Assembly (NCBI GenBank): GCA_041498715.1
Contig: JBGQIW010000002.1
Location: 8,499-72,498, forward strand
Direction of reading: 5' to 3'
DNA: 64,000 nt
From: Gemmatimonadota bacterium
GTDB taxonomy: Bacteria; Gemmatimonadota; Gemmatimonadetes; Gemmatimonadales; GWC2-71-9
The position numbers and the translations under genes were made by a program. Below the pieces are notes generated by a model. The model was not told the DNA's origin. It saw only the letters and a list, made by a program, of their open reading frames with translations, and ran no database searches. Position 1 is the stretch's first letter. Every line of letters begins with the position of its first letter. Positions 9,504 through 18,978 of this stretch are shown piece by piece.

Positions 9504-10517
9504 ATGACGACCGTCCCCACCGCTCGGCCCCGCCAGCGGTTTCCCGAGATCGCCGCCGTTTCCTGGGAGCATCCTGCCGACCGGGCAGCGCTGCAGGCGC
9601 TGCGCGCCGTCCCCGGATTCGATGATGTAGTGCGCAAGGTGATCGGGTTCCTCGGCGGCGAGCGCGGCATTCGCCTGCTCTTCCAGGGCAACGCGGTCCG
9701 CGCAGGCGCCGCCCAGTTCCCCAAGCTCTGGACCCTGCAGGCGGAAGTCGCCGGCACTTTCGACTGGCCCCGGGTACCGGAGCTGTACGTGTCCCAGACG
9801 CCCGTCTTCAACGCCGGGGCCTACGGCGTCGACGACCCGTTCACCGTGGTCCACTCCGCCGCCCTCGAGATGCTGGATGACGACGAGCTCCGGGTGCTGC
9901 TGGCACATGAGATGGGCCACGTGGTGAGCGGCCACGCGCTCTACCGCACGATCGCCGAGATCCTCCTGAGCATCGGCCTCTCCGCGCTGCCGATTCTCGC
10001 CGGCATCGCGCTGTTCCCGATCCGGCTCGCGATCCTCGAGTGGGCCCGCAAGTCGGAGCTCTCCGCCGACCGCGCCGGCCTCCTCGGCAGCCAGGACGTC
10101 GTCGCGTCACAGCGACTCTTCATGAAGATGGCGGGCGGTACCCGCGGCCAGATCAACAGCGGCCAGCTAAGCGTGGATGCGTTCATGGTGCAGGCGAACG
10201 AGTACCTGACCAACCGCGACGGGTTCGACGCCGTCTACAAGATCCTCAACACCCTGGCGCTCACCCACCCGATGAACACCATCCGTGCCGCAGAGCTCCA
10301 GCAGTGGGTGTCGACCGGTGAGTACGACCGAATTCTCCGCGGCGAGTACATCCGCCGGGGCCAGCCGGAGCAACAGCGTCCGCTGGTGGACGACCTCAGC
10401 GCGGCCGGCAGCCACTACGCCGCGGAGGCGCGGGAGTTCGCGGGCGCGGTGGCGGACGCGGCCCGCCGCGCCGCGGAGCGTGCGGCCGAAGCCTTCCGCT
10501 CGGCGCAGCGCCGGTGA
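9504..10517 (+). CDS. M48-family zinc metallopeptidase
   Basis: 337 aa with an HEMGH zinc motif (LLAHEMGHVVSGHALY) and downstream hydrophobic segments. Confidence 0.8.
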   Translation: MTTVPTARPRQRFPEIAAVSWEHPADRAALQALRAVPGFDDVVRKVIGFLGGERGIRLLFQGNAVRAGAAQFPKLWTLQAEVAGTFDWPRVPELYVSQTPVFNAGAYGVDDPFTVVHSAALEMLDDDELRVLLAHEMGHVVSGHALYRTIAEILLSIGLSALPILAGIALFPIRLAILEWARKSELSADRAGLLGSQDVVASQRLFMKMAGGTRGQINSGQLSVDAFMVQANEYLTNRDGFDAVYKILNTLALTHPMNTIRAAELQQWVSTGEYDRILRGEYIRRGQPEQQRPLVDDLSAAGSHYAAEAREFAGAVADAARRAAERAAEAFRSAQRR

Positions 10518-11794
10518 GAATCCTGGTCGTCGGGGGTGGCGGGCGGGAGCACGCCCTCTGCTGGGCCCTCCGTCGCGAGAACCCCGAGGCCGACCTGCAT
10601 TGCGCGCCGGGCAACCCCGGCACCGCGGCGCTGGCGCAGAATCTCCCCATTCCGGCGGACGACATCGACCGCATCGCCGATGCCGCCGACATGCTGGGCA
10701 TCGACCTCACGATCGTCGGGCCGGAGCTGCCACTCGCCCTCGGTCTGGCGGACCGACTGCGGGCCGAGGGGAGGGCCGTGCTCGGCCCTGGAGCTGCCGC
10801 GGCACAGATCGAGGCATCGAAGGCGTTCGGGAAGGATGTGATGGCGGCGGCGGGTGTGCCGACGGCAGCCAGCCGCACGTTCACCGACCTCGCCGTGGCG
10901 CTGGCGTGGGTGGACCGTCAGCCGGAGCCGCTCGTCGTCAAGGCGTCCGGCCTCGCGGCCGGGAAGGGCGCGGTCGTCTGTGCCACGCGGGCCGAGGCGC
11001 GCGACGTGGTTCAGGCAATGCTGGGCGACAGAAAGTTTGGCGAGGCGGGTCGGATCGTCGTGATTGAGGCCTTTCTCGAAGGCGAAGAAATCTCTCTTCT
11101 CGCGCTCACCGACGGCACCGACGTGGAGTTTCTCCCGGCCGCGCAGGATCACAAGCGCCTGCTCGAGGGCGACCAGGGGCCGAACACCGGGGGCATGGGG
11201 GCGTACACCCCGGTGGCCATCGCGACGCCGGCGTTGCTGGAGCGCGCACGGCGAGAGGTCTACCTCCCCGTCCTCGCGGAGCTTCGCCGCCGCGGCGCAC
11301 CGTTTTCAGGCGTGCTCTACGCGGGCCTCATGGTGGACCATGCCGGAACCCCCTGGGTCGTAGAGTTCAACTGCCGCCTGGGCGACCCCGAGGCGCAGGC
11401 CGTGCTCCCGCTCGTCGTGGGCGGGCTCACCGACGCTTGCTGGCGGGTCGCCAAGGACCAAACGCCATCTCCCATCAGGCTACGGGCGGGCGCGGCGGTA
11501 ACTACCGTGCTCGCCGCGGCAGGATATCCCGACCGACCCCAGCGTGGAGCCGCGATCACGATCCCACCGGACCTGCCGCCGGGGGTGACGGTGTTCCACT
11601 CGGGAACGGTCTTGGATGACGCCGGGATGCTTCGGGTCGCGGCGGGCCGGGTGCTCAGCGTGACCGGCGTGGCCGCGTCCTTCGCGGAAGCGCAGCGGTT
11701 GAGCCGCGAGACGGCCGAGCGCATCAGCTTCGCCGGGAAAATCTTTCGGGCCGACATCGGCTGGCGGGAGGCCGCCAGGCTGGCACCCGTCTGA
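10514..11794 (+). CDS. purD: Phosphoribosylamine--glycine ligase
   Basis: 426 aa. MRILVVGGGGREHAL, ATP-grasp core, C-terminal GKIFRADIG. 4-nt overlap with the upstream gene. Confidence 0.95.
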   Translation: MRILVVGGGGREHALCWALRRENPEADLHCAPGNPGTAALAQNLPIPADDIDRIADAADMLGIDLTIVGPELPLALGLADRLRAEGRAVLGPGAAAAQIEASKAFGKDVMAAAGVPTAASRTFTDLAVALAWVDRQPEPLVVKASGLAAGKGAVVCATRAEARDVVQAMLGDRKFGEAGRIVVIEAFLEGEEISLLALTDGTDVEFLPAAQDHKRLLEGDQGPNTGGMGAYTPVAIATPALLERARREVYLPVLAELRRRGAPFSGVLYAGLMVDHAGTPWVVEFNCRLGDPEAQAVLPLVVGGLTDACWRVAKDQTPSPIRLRAGAAVTTVLAAAGYPDRPQRGAAITIPPDLPPGVTVFHSGTVLDDAGMLRVAAGRVLSVTGVAASFAEAQRLSRETAERISFAGKIFRADIGWREAARLAPV

Positions 11795-11971
11795 GCGCGC
11801 CTCCTCCCTTCCCCATTCGCAGCTAGACCGCCCGAGCCGGGATCCAATTCCCGGCGTCGCCGAGTGTGCGGTCCACGCGACCGTCATCGTCCCATTAGGC
11901 GAAGTCGAGAGCCCCTGCCGCGTCGGGCAACCCCGGTGCTGCCTGTTTTCCATCATCCGTGAGGCGCATCC

Positions 11972-12397
11972 ATGCGCTCTTTCCGATTGCTTTTCGCGTC
12001 CGTCCTGCTCGCCGTCACCGCCGGGTGCAGCAGCAACACCACCGGAACGTCGACCTCGAACGCACCGCCGCCACCCACGCCCACACCCGCCGACATCACG
12101 ATCGTCCAAGGCGCGTCGACGATGACCACGGGAGCGTTTAGCCCGGACACGAAAACGGTCGCGCTCGGCGGCGGCGCAAGCGTCAGCGTGCGCTGGGTTA
12201 ACCGGGATGTCAACGAAAGTCCCCCCTACGGCGGTTCGGTGACGCACCACATCGTCTCGAACGACGGCACGAGCTTCGACACGGGACTCCTCGGCGGGAA
12301 CCAGTCCTCGACCAAGGCACTCACCGCCGCCGGCGACTACCCGTATCACTGCGCGATCCATCCGAACATGGTGGGAACGATCACCGTGACGCCGTAG
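11972..12397 (+). CDS. Cupredoxin (plastocyanin/azurin-like) lipoprotein
   Basis: Lipobox-like signal (LLAVTAGCSS) and a type-1 copper ligand pattern YHCAIHPNM near the C-terminus. Confidence 0.75.
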   Translation: MRSFRLLFASVLLAVTAGCSSNTTGTSTSNAPPPPTPTPADITIVQGASTMTTGAFSPDTKTVALGGGASVSVRWVNRDVNESPPYGGSVTHHIVSNDGTSFDTGLLGGNQSSTKALTAAGDYPYHCAIHPNMVGTITVTP

Positions 12398-12499
12398 CTT
12401 GACCGGAAGCGCGGGCAGTCGTCCCGCGCTCCCAGTCGGTCGCGACGGACCGGGGCCGCGGGCGTGTCGCCCGCGGCCATTGTAGTTTGTGTGGCAGCA

Positions 12500-13324
12500 A
12501 TGCCTGAGCTGCCCGAGGTCGAGACGATCGTGCGGGAGCTGCGCCCACGAGTAGTGGGCCGCTCGCTCCACGAGGTCAGGCTCTCCCACGACGACGTGCT
12601 GCGGGGCGTGACCCGCCGCCGGCTGCTGCGCGGCCTGGAAGGGGCGGAGGTCCGGTCGCTGGGCCGCCGGGCCAAGCACGCGGTGTTCGACCTGGGCGAT
12701 CGCCGCCTGGTGGTGCAGCCGGGCATGACCGGCTCGCTGGTGGTGCACGAGGGCCCGCTCTCCGCGGATCAGAAGCGCTACGCCGTGCTCTCGGCCCGGC
12801 TGGACGACGGACGCCGACTGGTCTATCGCGACGTGCGCCGGCTGGGCACCCTGCTCCTCCTCGATCAGCGCGGCTGGCAGGCCTACGACCGCTCCATCGG
12901 ACCCGAGCCCCTCGATCCCGCCTTCACCGCCGAGCGCCTCGGCACCATCCTCGCCGGCTCGCGCCAGGCAGTGAAGAAGGTGCTGATGGACCAGCGACGG
13001 CTCGCGGGCGTCGGCAACATCTACGCGAACGAGGCCCTCTTCGCCGCGGGGATCGACCCCTCCCGCGCCGCCAACCGGGTGGGCGCCGACGCGGCGCACC
13101 GACTGCACTCGGAGGTGCGCCGGATCCTCGAGGCCGCTATCGCCTCGAACGGAACCACCTTCCGCGATTACCGCACCGGAACCGGCGAGCGGGGCAATTT
13201 CCAGCTGGAGCTGTTCGTCTACGGCCGCGAGGGGGAGCGGTGCAAGGTCTGCGGCACCCGGCTCGTCGGCACGCACCTCATCGACGCGCGGATTACCGTG
13301 CTTTGCCACCGCTGCCAGTCATGA
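12500..13324 (+). CDS. mutM: Formamidopyrimidine-DNA glycosylase
   Basis: Starts MPELPEVE (catalytic Pro2/Glu3). C-terminal zinc finger CKVCG...CHRCQ. Confidence 0.9.
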   Translation: MPELPEVETIVRELRPRVVGRSLHEVRLSHDDVLRGVTRRRLLRGLEGAEVRSLGRRAKHAVFDLGDRRLVVQPGMTGSLVVHEGPLSADQKRYAVLSARLDDGRRLVYRDVRRLGTLLLLDQRGWQAYDRSIGPEPLDPAFTAERLGTILAGSRQAVKKVLMDQRRLAGVGNIYANEALFAAGIDPSRAANRVGADAAHRLHSEVRRILEAAIASNGTTFRDYRTGTGERGNFQLELFVYGREGERCKVCGTRLVGTHLIDARITVLCHRCQS

Positions 13325-14421
13325 GACGCGCGCGTGCGCTGCGCCTGCCGCTCCCGGCCACCGACCTCGAGGGTCTCAAGGAGCGGGTGCGCGCACTTGC
13401 CGAGAACCGGCCCGGCGTCTACCGGATGGTGGATGCTACGGGGCGGGTGCTCTACGTGGGGAAGGCCAAACGGCTCCGGAACCGGCTGCTCAGCTACTTC
13501 CGCGCGGAATACCCGGACGACAAGGCCGCGCGGATCCTCCACGCGGCGCACGATGTCGTTTGGGACTACGTCCCGAGCGAGTTCGCCGCCTATCTCACCG
13601 AGCTGCGTCAGATTCACCGCCACCGCCCGCATTTCAACTTGAGGCTGAACCGCACCCGCCGTGCGGTGTTCGTCAAGCTCTCCGGCGGCCCGGCACCGCG
13701 CATCAGCAGCGGTACCACGATCGGCGGGGATGACGCCCGCTGCTACGGTCCCTTCCGCTCCTTTGGCCGCACAGGGGACGCGGTGCGCACGCTGGCCGAT
13801 CTGCTCGGTCTCCGCGACTGCGCCGCGAGCATGCCCATCGTTTTCGCCGGGCAGGGTGACCTCTTCGACCAGAGGCGCCGCGCCGCGTGCATGCGCCACG
13901 AATTCGGCTTCTGTGCCGGGCCCTGCGCCGGATTCGTGGCGGAGTGGGACTACCGGTGCCGGGTGGACTCCGCGATTGCGTTTCTCGAGGGTCGCACGCT
14001 CCAGCCGATCGACCGGGTCGTGGCCGCGATGCAGGAGGCGGCCGGGCGGGCGGAGTTCGAGCTCGCGGCTAAATGGCGGGAGAAGTTCGAGCAGCTGGAG
14101 TGGCTGTTCGGCGCGATCGTGCGCGCGCGCATGGCGGTGGATCTGCTCACGTTCGTGTATCGCGATCCGGGGGCGTTCGGCGACGACCGAGTCTACGTGG
14201 TCCGCCGAGGGGTCGTGCGGGCGACGTTTCCCTACCCCGCCACGCCGATCGAGCACGAGGCGTTTCGCGGGGTCGTCGCCGACGAGCTCGGCCGGCCCGA
14301 CGCGCCGCCGGGGCCACTGCCGGTGGAGACGATCGACGAGCTGCTGCTCATTATGGCCTGGTTCCGCGCGCACCCGGAGGCGCTGCGCCGCACTACGCCG
14401 CTCGAGCAGTGGGCGAGCTAG
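13321..14421 (+). CDS. GIY-YIG nuclease, UvrC N-terminal-like (Cho-like, short)
   Basis: GVYRMVDATGRVLYVGKAKRLRNRLLSYF matches the UvrC-type GIY-YIG motif. About 366 aa, with no recognisable C-terminal RNase H/HhH half. ATGA overlap with mutM. Confidence 0.7.
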   Translation: MRRARALRLPLPATDLEGLKERVRALAENRPGVYRMVDATGRVLYVGKAKRLRNRLLSYFRAEYPDDKAARILHAAHDVVWDYVPSEFAAYLTELRQIHRHRPHFNLRLNRTRRAVFVKLSGGPAPRISSGTTIGGDDARCYGPFRSFGRTGDAVRTLADLLGLRDCAASMPIVFAGQGDLFDQRRRAACMRHEFGFCAGPCAGFVAEWDYRCRVDSAIAFLEGRTLQPIDRVVAAMQEAAGRAEFELAAKWREKFEQLEWLFGAIVRARMAVDLLTFVYRDPGAFGDDRVYVVRRGVVRATFPYPATPIEHEAFRGVVADELGRPDAPPGPLPVETIDELLLIMAWFRAHPEALRRTTPLEQWAS

Positions 14422-14427
14422 CACCCG

Positions 14428-14919
14428 TCAGGACTCCCCGGCCGGGACGAGCGGCACCAGGCGGCCGCGGGGCGGGATGCCCGGCTCCAGCTCCAGGATG
14501 CCGACCGAGGGCGGGAGATCGAAGCGCCGGGGGCCCGCTCCCCCCGGGTTGATCACGGTCACCACCACGTCCACCAGCGTCAGCAGCGGCCGGTGAGTGT
14601 GGCCGAACACGAGGATCTCCGCCTCGGGAAACGCGGCGTGGAGCTTGTCCGGCGTGGGGGAGCCGAGCTGGTCGCCATGGGTGACGACGATCCGGAAGCC
14701 CTCCAGCTCGACCTGGGCGACCTGCAGCAGCCTGGAGCGCACCTCCGGGCCGTCGGTATTTCCATACACGGCCGTGACGGGGGCAAGGCTCTCGAGCTCG
14801 GTCAGGACGTCGATCGGGCCGAGGTCTCCGGCGTGGAGGATGTGATCGACGTCGCGGAAGACGTCGAACACCTCGGGCCGGAGCAGTCCGTGCGTGTCCG
14901 CGATGACGCCGAGCCGCAT
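14428..14919 (-). CDS. YfcE/MJ0936-family metallophosphoesterase
   Basis: 163 aa with the motifs ADTHG, HAGD, GNTD, VTHGD and GHTH in canonical order. Confidence 0.8.
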   Translation of the reverse strand: MRLGVIADTHGLLRPEVFDVFRDVDHILHAGDLGPIDVLTELESLAPVTAVYGNTDGPEVRSRLLQVAQVELEGFRIVVTHGDQLGSPTPDKLHAAFPEAEILVFGHTHRPLLTLVDVVVTVINPGGAGPRRFDLPPSVGILELEPGIPPRGRLVPLVPAGES

Positions 14920-14926
14920 GGACCGG

Positions 14927-15511
14927 TCAGCCCTGCCACCGCCCGGCCACCGTGATGTCGACGGCGAGGTGATCCAGCACCCGCTGGACGACGAAGTCCA
15001 CCAGATCGCTCACGCGGGTGGGCCGGTGATAGAACCCAGGCGCGGCCGGTATGACCGTGGCACCGGCCTCGGTGACCGCGACGAGGTTGCGGAGATGCAC
15101 GAGCGAGAGCGGCGTCTCCCGGGGGACCAGGATGAGCGCGCGCCGCTCCTTGAGCGCCACGTCCGCGGCCCGTTCGACCAGTGACCGACTGGTGCCCGCC
15201 GCGACCGCGGCGACCGTGCCCATCGAGCACGGGCAAATGACCATCCCCGCGGTGCGCTGTGACCCCGAGGCGGGGAGCGCTCCCCGGTCGTCGTCGGGAA
15301 AGACCCGCACGCTGGACCAATCACCGCCGGTGGCTTCGCGCAGGGCGTCGAGCGAGGCGAGGCCGCACTCGTGCTCGAGCAGCCGTTGGCCGTGCCCCGA
15401 CACGATGAGCCACAGCGGCATCTGGCTCCGCGCGAGCACCTCCAGGAGGCGGACGGCGTAGGGCGCCCCCGACGCGCCGGTGATCGCGAGGACGATCGGG
15501 AGGCGCGTCAC
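14927..15511 (-). CDS. ubiX: Flavin prenyltransferase
   Basis: Homologous part begins VTRLPIVLAITGASGAPYAVRLLE. The GTG start at 15511 makes a GTGA overlap with the ubiA-family stop. The upstream 235 codons of the track ORF were rejected. Confidence 0.85.
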   Translation of the reverse strand: MTRLPIVLAITGASGAPYAVRLLEVLARSQMPLWLIVSGHGQRLLEHECGLASLDALREATGGDWSSVRVFPDDDRGALPASGSQRTAGMVICPCSMGTVAAVAAGTSRSLVERAADVALKERRALILVPRETPLSLVHLRNLVAVTEAGATVIPAAPGFYHRPTRVSDLVDFVVQRVLDHLAVDITVAGRWQG

Positions 15512-16431
15512 CGTCGCAGCACCCGGTCCGCCATCGCAAACACGAACACCGTCGCCGACATCACCGCGTTCATGGTGAAGAACGCCGAGTTGAGCCGGGA
15601 CAGGTCGTCCGGCCGGACCAGCCGGTGCTCGTACACGAGAATGCCGGCCGCCACCGCCACGCCGGCGAAGTACCACCGGCCGAACCCCACACCCAGCCCG
15701 AACAGGACCAGTGCGGGAATGGTGATGGCGTGCAGCACCCGCGCGGCGATGATGCTGCGCGCCAGGCCGAGGCGCACGACCGCACTCCGCAGACCCATCT
15801 TCCGATCGAACCCCTCGTCCGGAAGGGCGTAGTAGATGTCGAAGCCGGCCACCCAGGTGGCGACCGCTACCGTGATCGCCACCAGCGCCCACCAGGGCTC
15901 GCTCCACCGCCCGGTCACCGCGAGGTACCCTCCGACCGGCGCGATGGCCAGGCTCAGGCCGAGCCAGAGGTGGGGCCAGTAAGTGAAGCGCTTGGAGAGG
16001 CTGTAGGTCATCACCCAGGCGAGGGCCGACGGGCTCAGCGCCCGGCAGAGGGGGTTGATGAGTGCGGCGCTGACCAGAAATACCGCGGCGGCAATGACGA
16101 TCGAGGTCCAGGCCTGAGCCAGCGAGAGCGCGCCCCGCGGCAGCTCGCGCTGCCGGGTCCGGGGGTTGAGTGCGTCGAACCGGCGGTCGGCCACCATGTT
16201 GAAGCCGAGCGCCACCCACCGAGCCGAGGTGAACGCGAGGACCACGAGAACCACGGTGCGCCAGCCAACCGGAGCCCCGAGTGAGCCCGCCACCACGCCC
16301 ACGAGCGCGAACGGCAGGGCGAAGAGCGTGTGCGGCAGCTTCACGAAGTTGAGATAGCGGACCAGGAGCGAGCGGCCGGGCAGGACGTGCCCGTCCGCCG
16401 CCGCGGAGCCGTTGGCGCCGAGGTTGCTCAT
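15508..16431 (-). CDS. UbiA-family aromatic polyprenyltransferase (UbiA/MqnP-like)
   Basis: Polytopic membrane protein with NMVADRRFD (NxxxDxxxD) and a second Asp-rich motif. The ATG at 16431 makes an ATGA overlap with the ubiD-family stop. Confidence 0.85.
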   Translation of the reverse strand: MSNLGANGSAAADGHVLPGRSLLVRYLNFVKLPHTLFALPFALVGVVAGSLGAPVGWRTVVLVVLAFTSARWVALGFNMVADRRFDALNPRTRQRELPRGALSLAQAWTSIVIAAAVFLVSAALINPLCRALSPSALAWVMTYSLSKRFTYWPHLWLGLSLAIAPVGGYLAVTGRWSEPWWALVAITVAVATWVAGFDIYYALPDEGFDRKMGLRSAVVRLGLARSIIAARVLHAITIPALVLFGLGVGFGRWYFAGVAVAAGILVYEHRLVRPDDLSRLNSAFFTMNAVMSATVFVFAMADRVLRR

Positions 16432-18200
16432 CGAGCGGATGCCTGGGCCGGGAAGTACTCGCCCCAACGGCGGTCCACGAGCCGCACGATCTCCTCCGAC
16501 ATCGTGAGAGGAAGAGGATAGCCGGTCTTCCAGGTCGCGTCGATCCCGATGCGCCCGCCGTAGACCGGCCGTGCTCCGACGAACGCCTGGCGCCCGAAGA
16601 TCATGTCTCGCGCCGGGTCGAACCGGGTGAAGATCCCCCACACCACGCTGGACTGGTCCCGGAGGTCGATGTCGTCGCTCACCGCGACGACGAACTTCAC
16701 CGGCCCGAGCCCGTCCCATCGAACCAGACCCTCGAGCACAGCCCTGGGCTCCTGCCGGACCGCCACCACGAGGAACCCGCCGTCCAGCAGGCGATGACCC
16801 ACCACCCGGCGGTCGAACGCCCCTGGATCGGGCACCACCGTCGGCGGCGGCCGGTCGGTGACGGGCTCACCCGCGGCATCCAGAACGAGCTTGCTCCCGA
16901 TATGCATGACGTAGGAGGTGTAGTCCAGGGTGTCGAGCGCACCGATCGGCAAGAGGAGCATGCGCTCTTCCGGCTCGAAGCGATACCACAGCTCCCGCAG
17001 AACGGCCGGGAAGCTCCGCACCTGCACGTCCTCCCTGAGCATCACCGCCACCTTGGTGAGCGCCAGCTGGCCCGTCCCCAGGAGCGCGAGTGCGGTCTTG
17101 AGCACCTCCTTGGGATGACGCTCCTTGAGCGCCACCGCCAGAAGGTTGTGGAAGCCGGCGTCCTCGTAGGCATACAGATCGACCACGTTCGGGTTGATCA
17201 CCCGGATCAGCGGCCCGATCATCTCCCCTGCCGCGATGCCCATGTACTTGTCTTCCTGGGGCGGCTTGCCGACCACGCTGGCCGGATAGAGCGGAGTCCG
17301 GCGGCGAGTTACTTGCCGGACGTGGAAGACCGGAAACTCGGTCGCCTCCGAGTAGTGCCCGAAGTGGTCGCCGAACGGTCCCTCCATCCGCCGCTCGCCG
17401 ACCGGCACCTCGCCCTCGAGCACGAACTCGGCGTTCGCGGGGACGAGCATGTCCATCGAGACTGCTCGCACCATGCGAGTTGGCGCCCCGCGGAGGAATC
17501 CGGCAAGAGCCAGCTCGTCCATGTCCTCCGGGAGAGGGAGGATCGCGGAGAGCATCGTGATCGGGTCGCCACCGAGCACGACGGCCGTGGGGAGCGCCCG
17601 TCCCCGTCGCTCGGCCTCGAAGTAGTGGCCTCGCCCGCCCTTCATGCTCTGCCAGTGCATGCCGGTCGTGCCGTCGTCGAAGACGTGGAGCCGGTAGAGG
17701 CCGAAGTTGCGCCGGCGGCTGCCGGGTGCCTCGGTCAGCGTCGGGCCGAAGGTGATGAACGGACCGCCGTCCCGGGGCCAGCTCGTCACGTTGGGGAAAC
17801 GGGTGAGCGCGGGCGCCTCCACCACTGCCTGTACCGGTGCGATCCGGACCACGCTCGGCCGCATGAAGCGGACACGCGCCAGCACGCCGCGCGAGCGCCA
17901 GAGCGCCCCCAGCGAGGGCGGGTTGAGTCCTTGGACCACGTTGATCAGCTCCTGACCGATCGCCTCGGGGTGCCGGCCGAGGGCCAGCTCGATGCGCCGA
18001 CGGGAGCCGAACAGGTTCATCACCAGCGGGAAGGCCGCCCCGCGCACCCGCTCGAACAGCAGTGCAGGCCCCTCCTCGCGCACCACCCGCTGCACGATCT
18101 CCGAAACCTCGAGGCGGGGGTCCACCTCGACCGTTACCCGGCGAAGCTGTCCGGTTCGCTCCAGCTCCGCCACATAGGATTGGAGGTCGGGAAACGTCAC
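16428..18200 (-). CDS. UbiD-family (prenyl-FMN dependent) decarboxylase
   Basis: UbiD-like over its full length (LQSYVAELERTGQLRRV..., GGDP, MEGPFGDHFGHY). The GTG at 18200 makes a GTGA overlap with ubiE/menG. Confidence 0.85.
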   Translation of the reverse strand: MTFPDLQSYVAELERTGQLRRVTVEVDPRLEVSEIVQRVVREEGPALLFERVRGAAFPLVMNLFGSRRRIELALGRHPEAIGQELINVVQGLNPPSLGALWRSRGVLARVRFMRPSVVRIAPVQAVVEAPALTRFPNVTSWPRDGGPFITFGPTLTEAPGSRRRNFGLYRLHVFDDGTTGMHWQSMKGGRGHYFEAERRGRALPTAVVLGGDPITMLSAILPLPEDMDELALAGFLRGAPTRMVRAVSMDMLVPANAEFVLEGEVPVGERRMEGPFGDHFGHYSEATEFPVFHVRQVTRRRTPLYPASVVGKPPQEDKYMGIAAGEMIGPLIRVINPNVVDLYAYEDAGFHNLLAVALKERHPKEVLKTALALLGTGQLALTKVAVMLREDVQVRSFPAVLRELWYRFEPEERMLLLPIGALDTLDYTSYVMHIGSKLVLDAAGEPVTDRPPPTVVPDPGAFDRRVVGHRLLDGGFLVVAVRQEPRAVLEGLVRWDGLGPVKFVVAVSDDIDLRDQSSVVWGIFTRFDPARDMIFGRQAFVGARPVYGGRIGIDATWKTGYPLPLTMSEEIVRLVDRRWGEYFPAQASAR

Positions 18201-18925
18201 CGACGGGTGCCGACGTGGAATGCGGTGACTCCGCCCAGAAAGAGCTGGAAACGGACGTGCTCGAAACCCGCCCCCGCCATGCGACCGGCCAGTTCCGGAG
18301 GACCCGGGAACGTTCGCGTGGACTCTGGAAGCCACTGGTAGGCGGTTCTATGTTTGGAGACCCACCGGCCCACACGCGGCAAGACACGCTCGAAGTAGAA
18401 AAGATAGAGTCGGCGGAACGGCTCCCGTGCCGGAGTCGCCATATCGAGGATGACGAGACGAGCTCCGGGCTTGAGCACGCGAGCGACTTCCGCCAGACCG
18501 GCGTCCAGGTCCACCAGGTTGCGCATACCCCAGCCGACCATCGCCCCATCGAATACCGCATCGGGGAACGGGAGCTCCAGCGCGTCCGCTCCGACCGGGG
18601 CGAGCCGTTCCGCCTTGCGGCGGCCCAGCTCGAGCATGGGCGGCACGAAGTCGGCGCCGACCACCTGCCCCGCGAACCCCGGCTTCTTCGCGAGAATCGC
18701 CGCGAAATCCAGCGTGCCCGCGCACAGGTCGAGGTAAATTCCCTGCGGCATCCGTTCCCAGCCGAGCCGATCGACCGCGTATCGCCGCCAGCGCAGATCC
18801 AGCCTCAGGCTCAGCAGCCGGTTCAGGCGGTCGTAGGTGGGCGCGATAGCCGCGAACATCGCCCGGACATAGGCCCGCTTCTCGGCGCCGCCGGCGACCG
18901 GTAACTTCTGATCTGAGGCTAACAT
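18197..18925 (-). CDS. ubiE: Demethylmenaquinone/ubiquinone C-methyltransferase
   Basis: 242 aa. MFAAIAPTYDRLNRLLSL and the SAM motif LDLCAGT. Confidence 0.9.
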   Translation of the reverse strand: MLASDQKLPVAGGAEKRAYVRAMFAAIAPTYDRLNRLLSLRLDLRWRRYAVDRLGWERMPQGIYLDLCAGTLDFAAILAKKPGFAGQVVGADFVPPMLELGRRKAERLAPVGADALELPFPDAVFDGAMVGWGMRNLVDLDAGLAEVARVLKPGARLVILDMATPAREPFRRLYLFYFERVLPRVGRWVSKHRTAYQWLPESTRTFPGPPELAGRMAGAGFEHVRFQLFLGGVTAFHVGTRR

Positions 18926-18978
18926 AGCCGCTCAATGTAGCCCGCACGGAAACCGCTCCGCAAGCGCGAGGTCGCCGC

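Noticed and set aside
14927-16219. 430-aa ORF suggesting a large UbiX fusion protein.
   Set aside because: UbiX homology begins at residue 236 or so (VTRLPIVLAITGASG). The upstream portion overlaps the UbiA-family gene in another frame.
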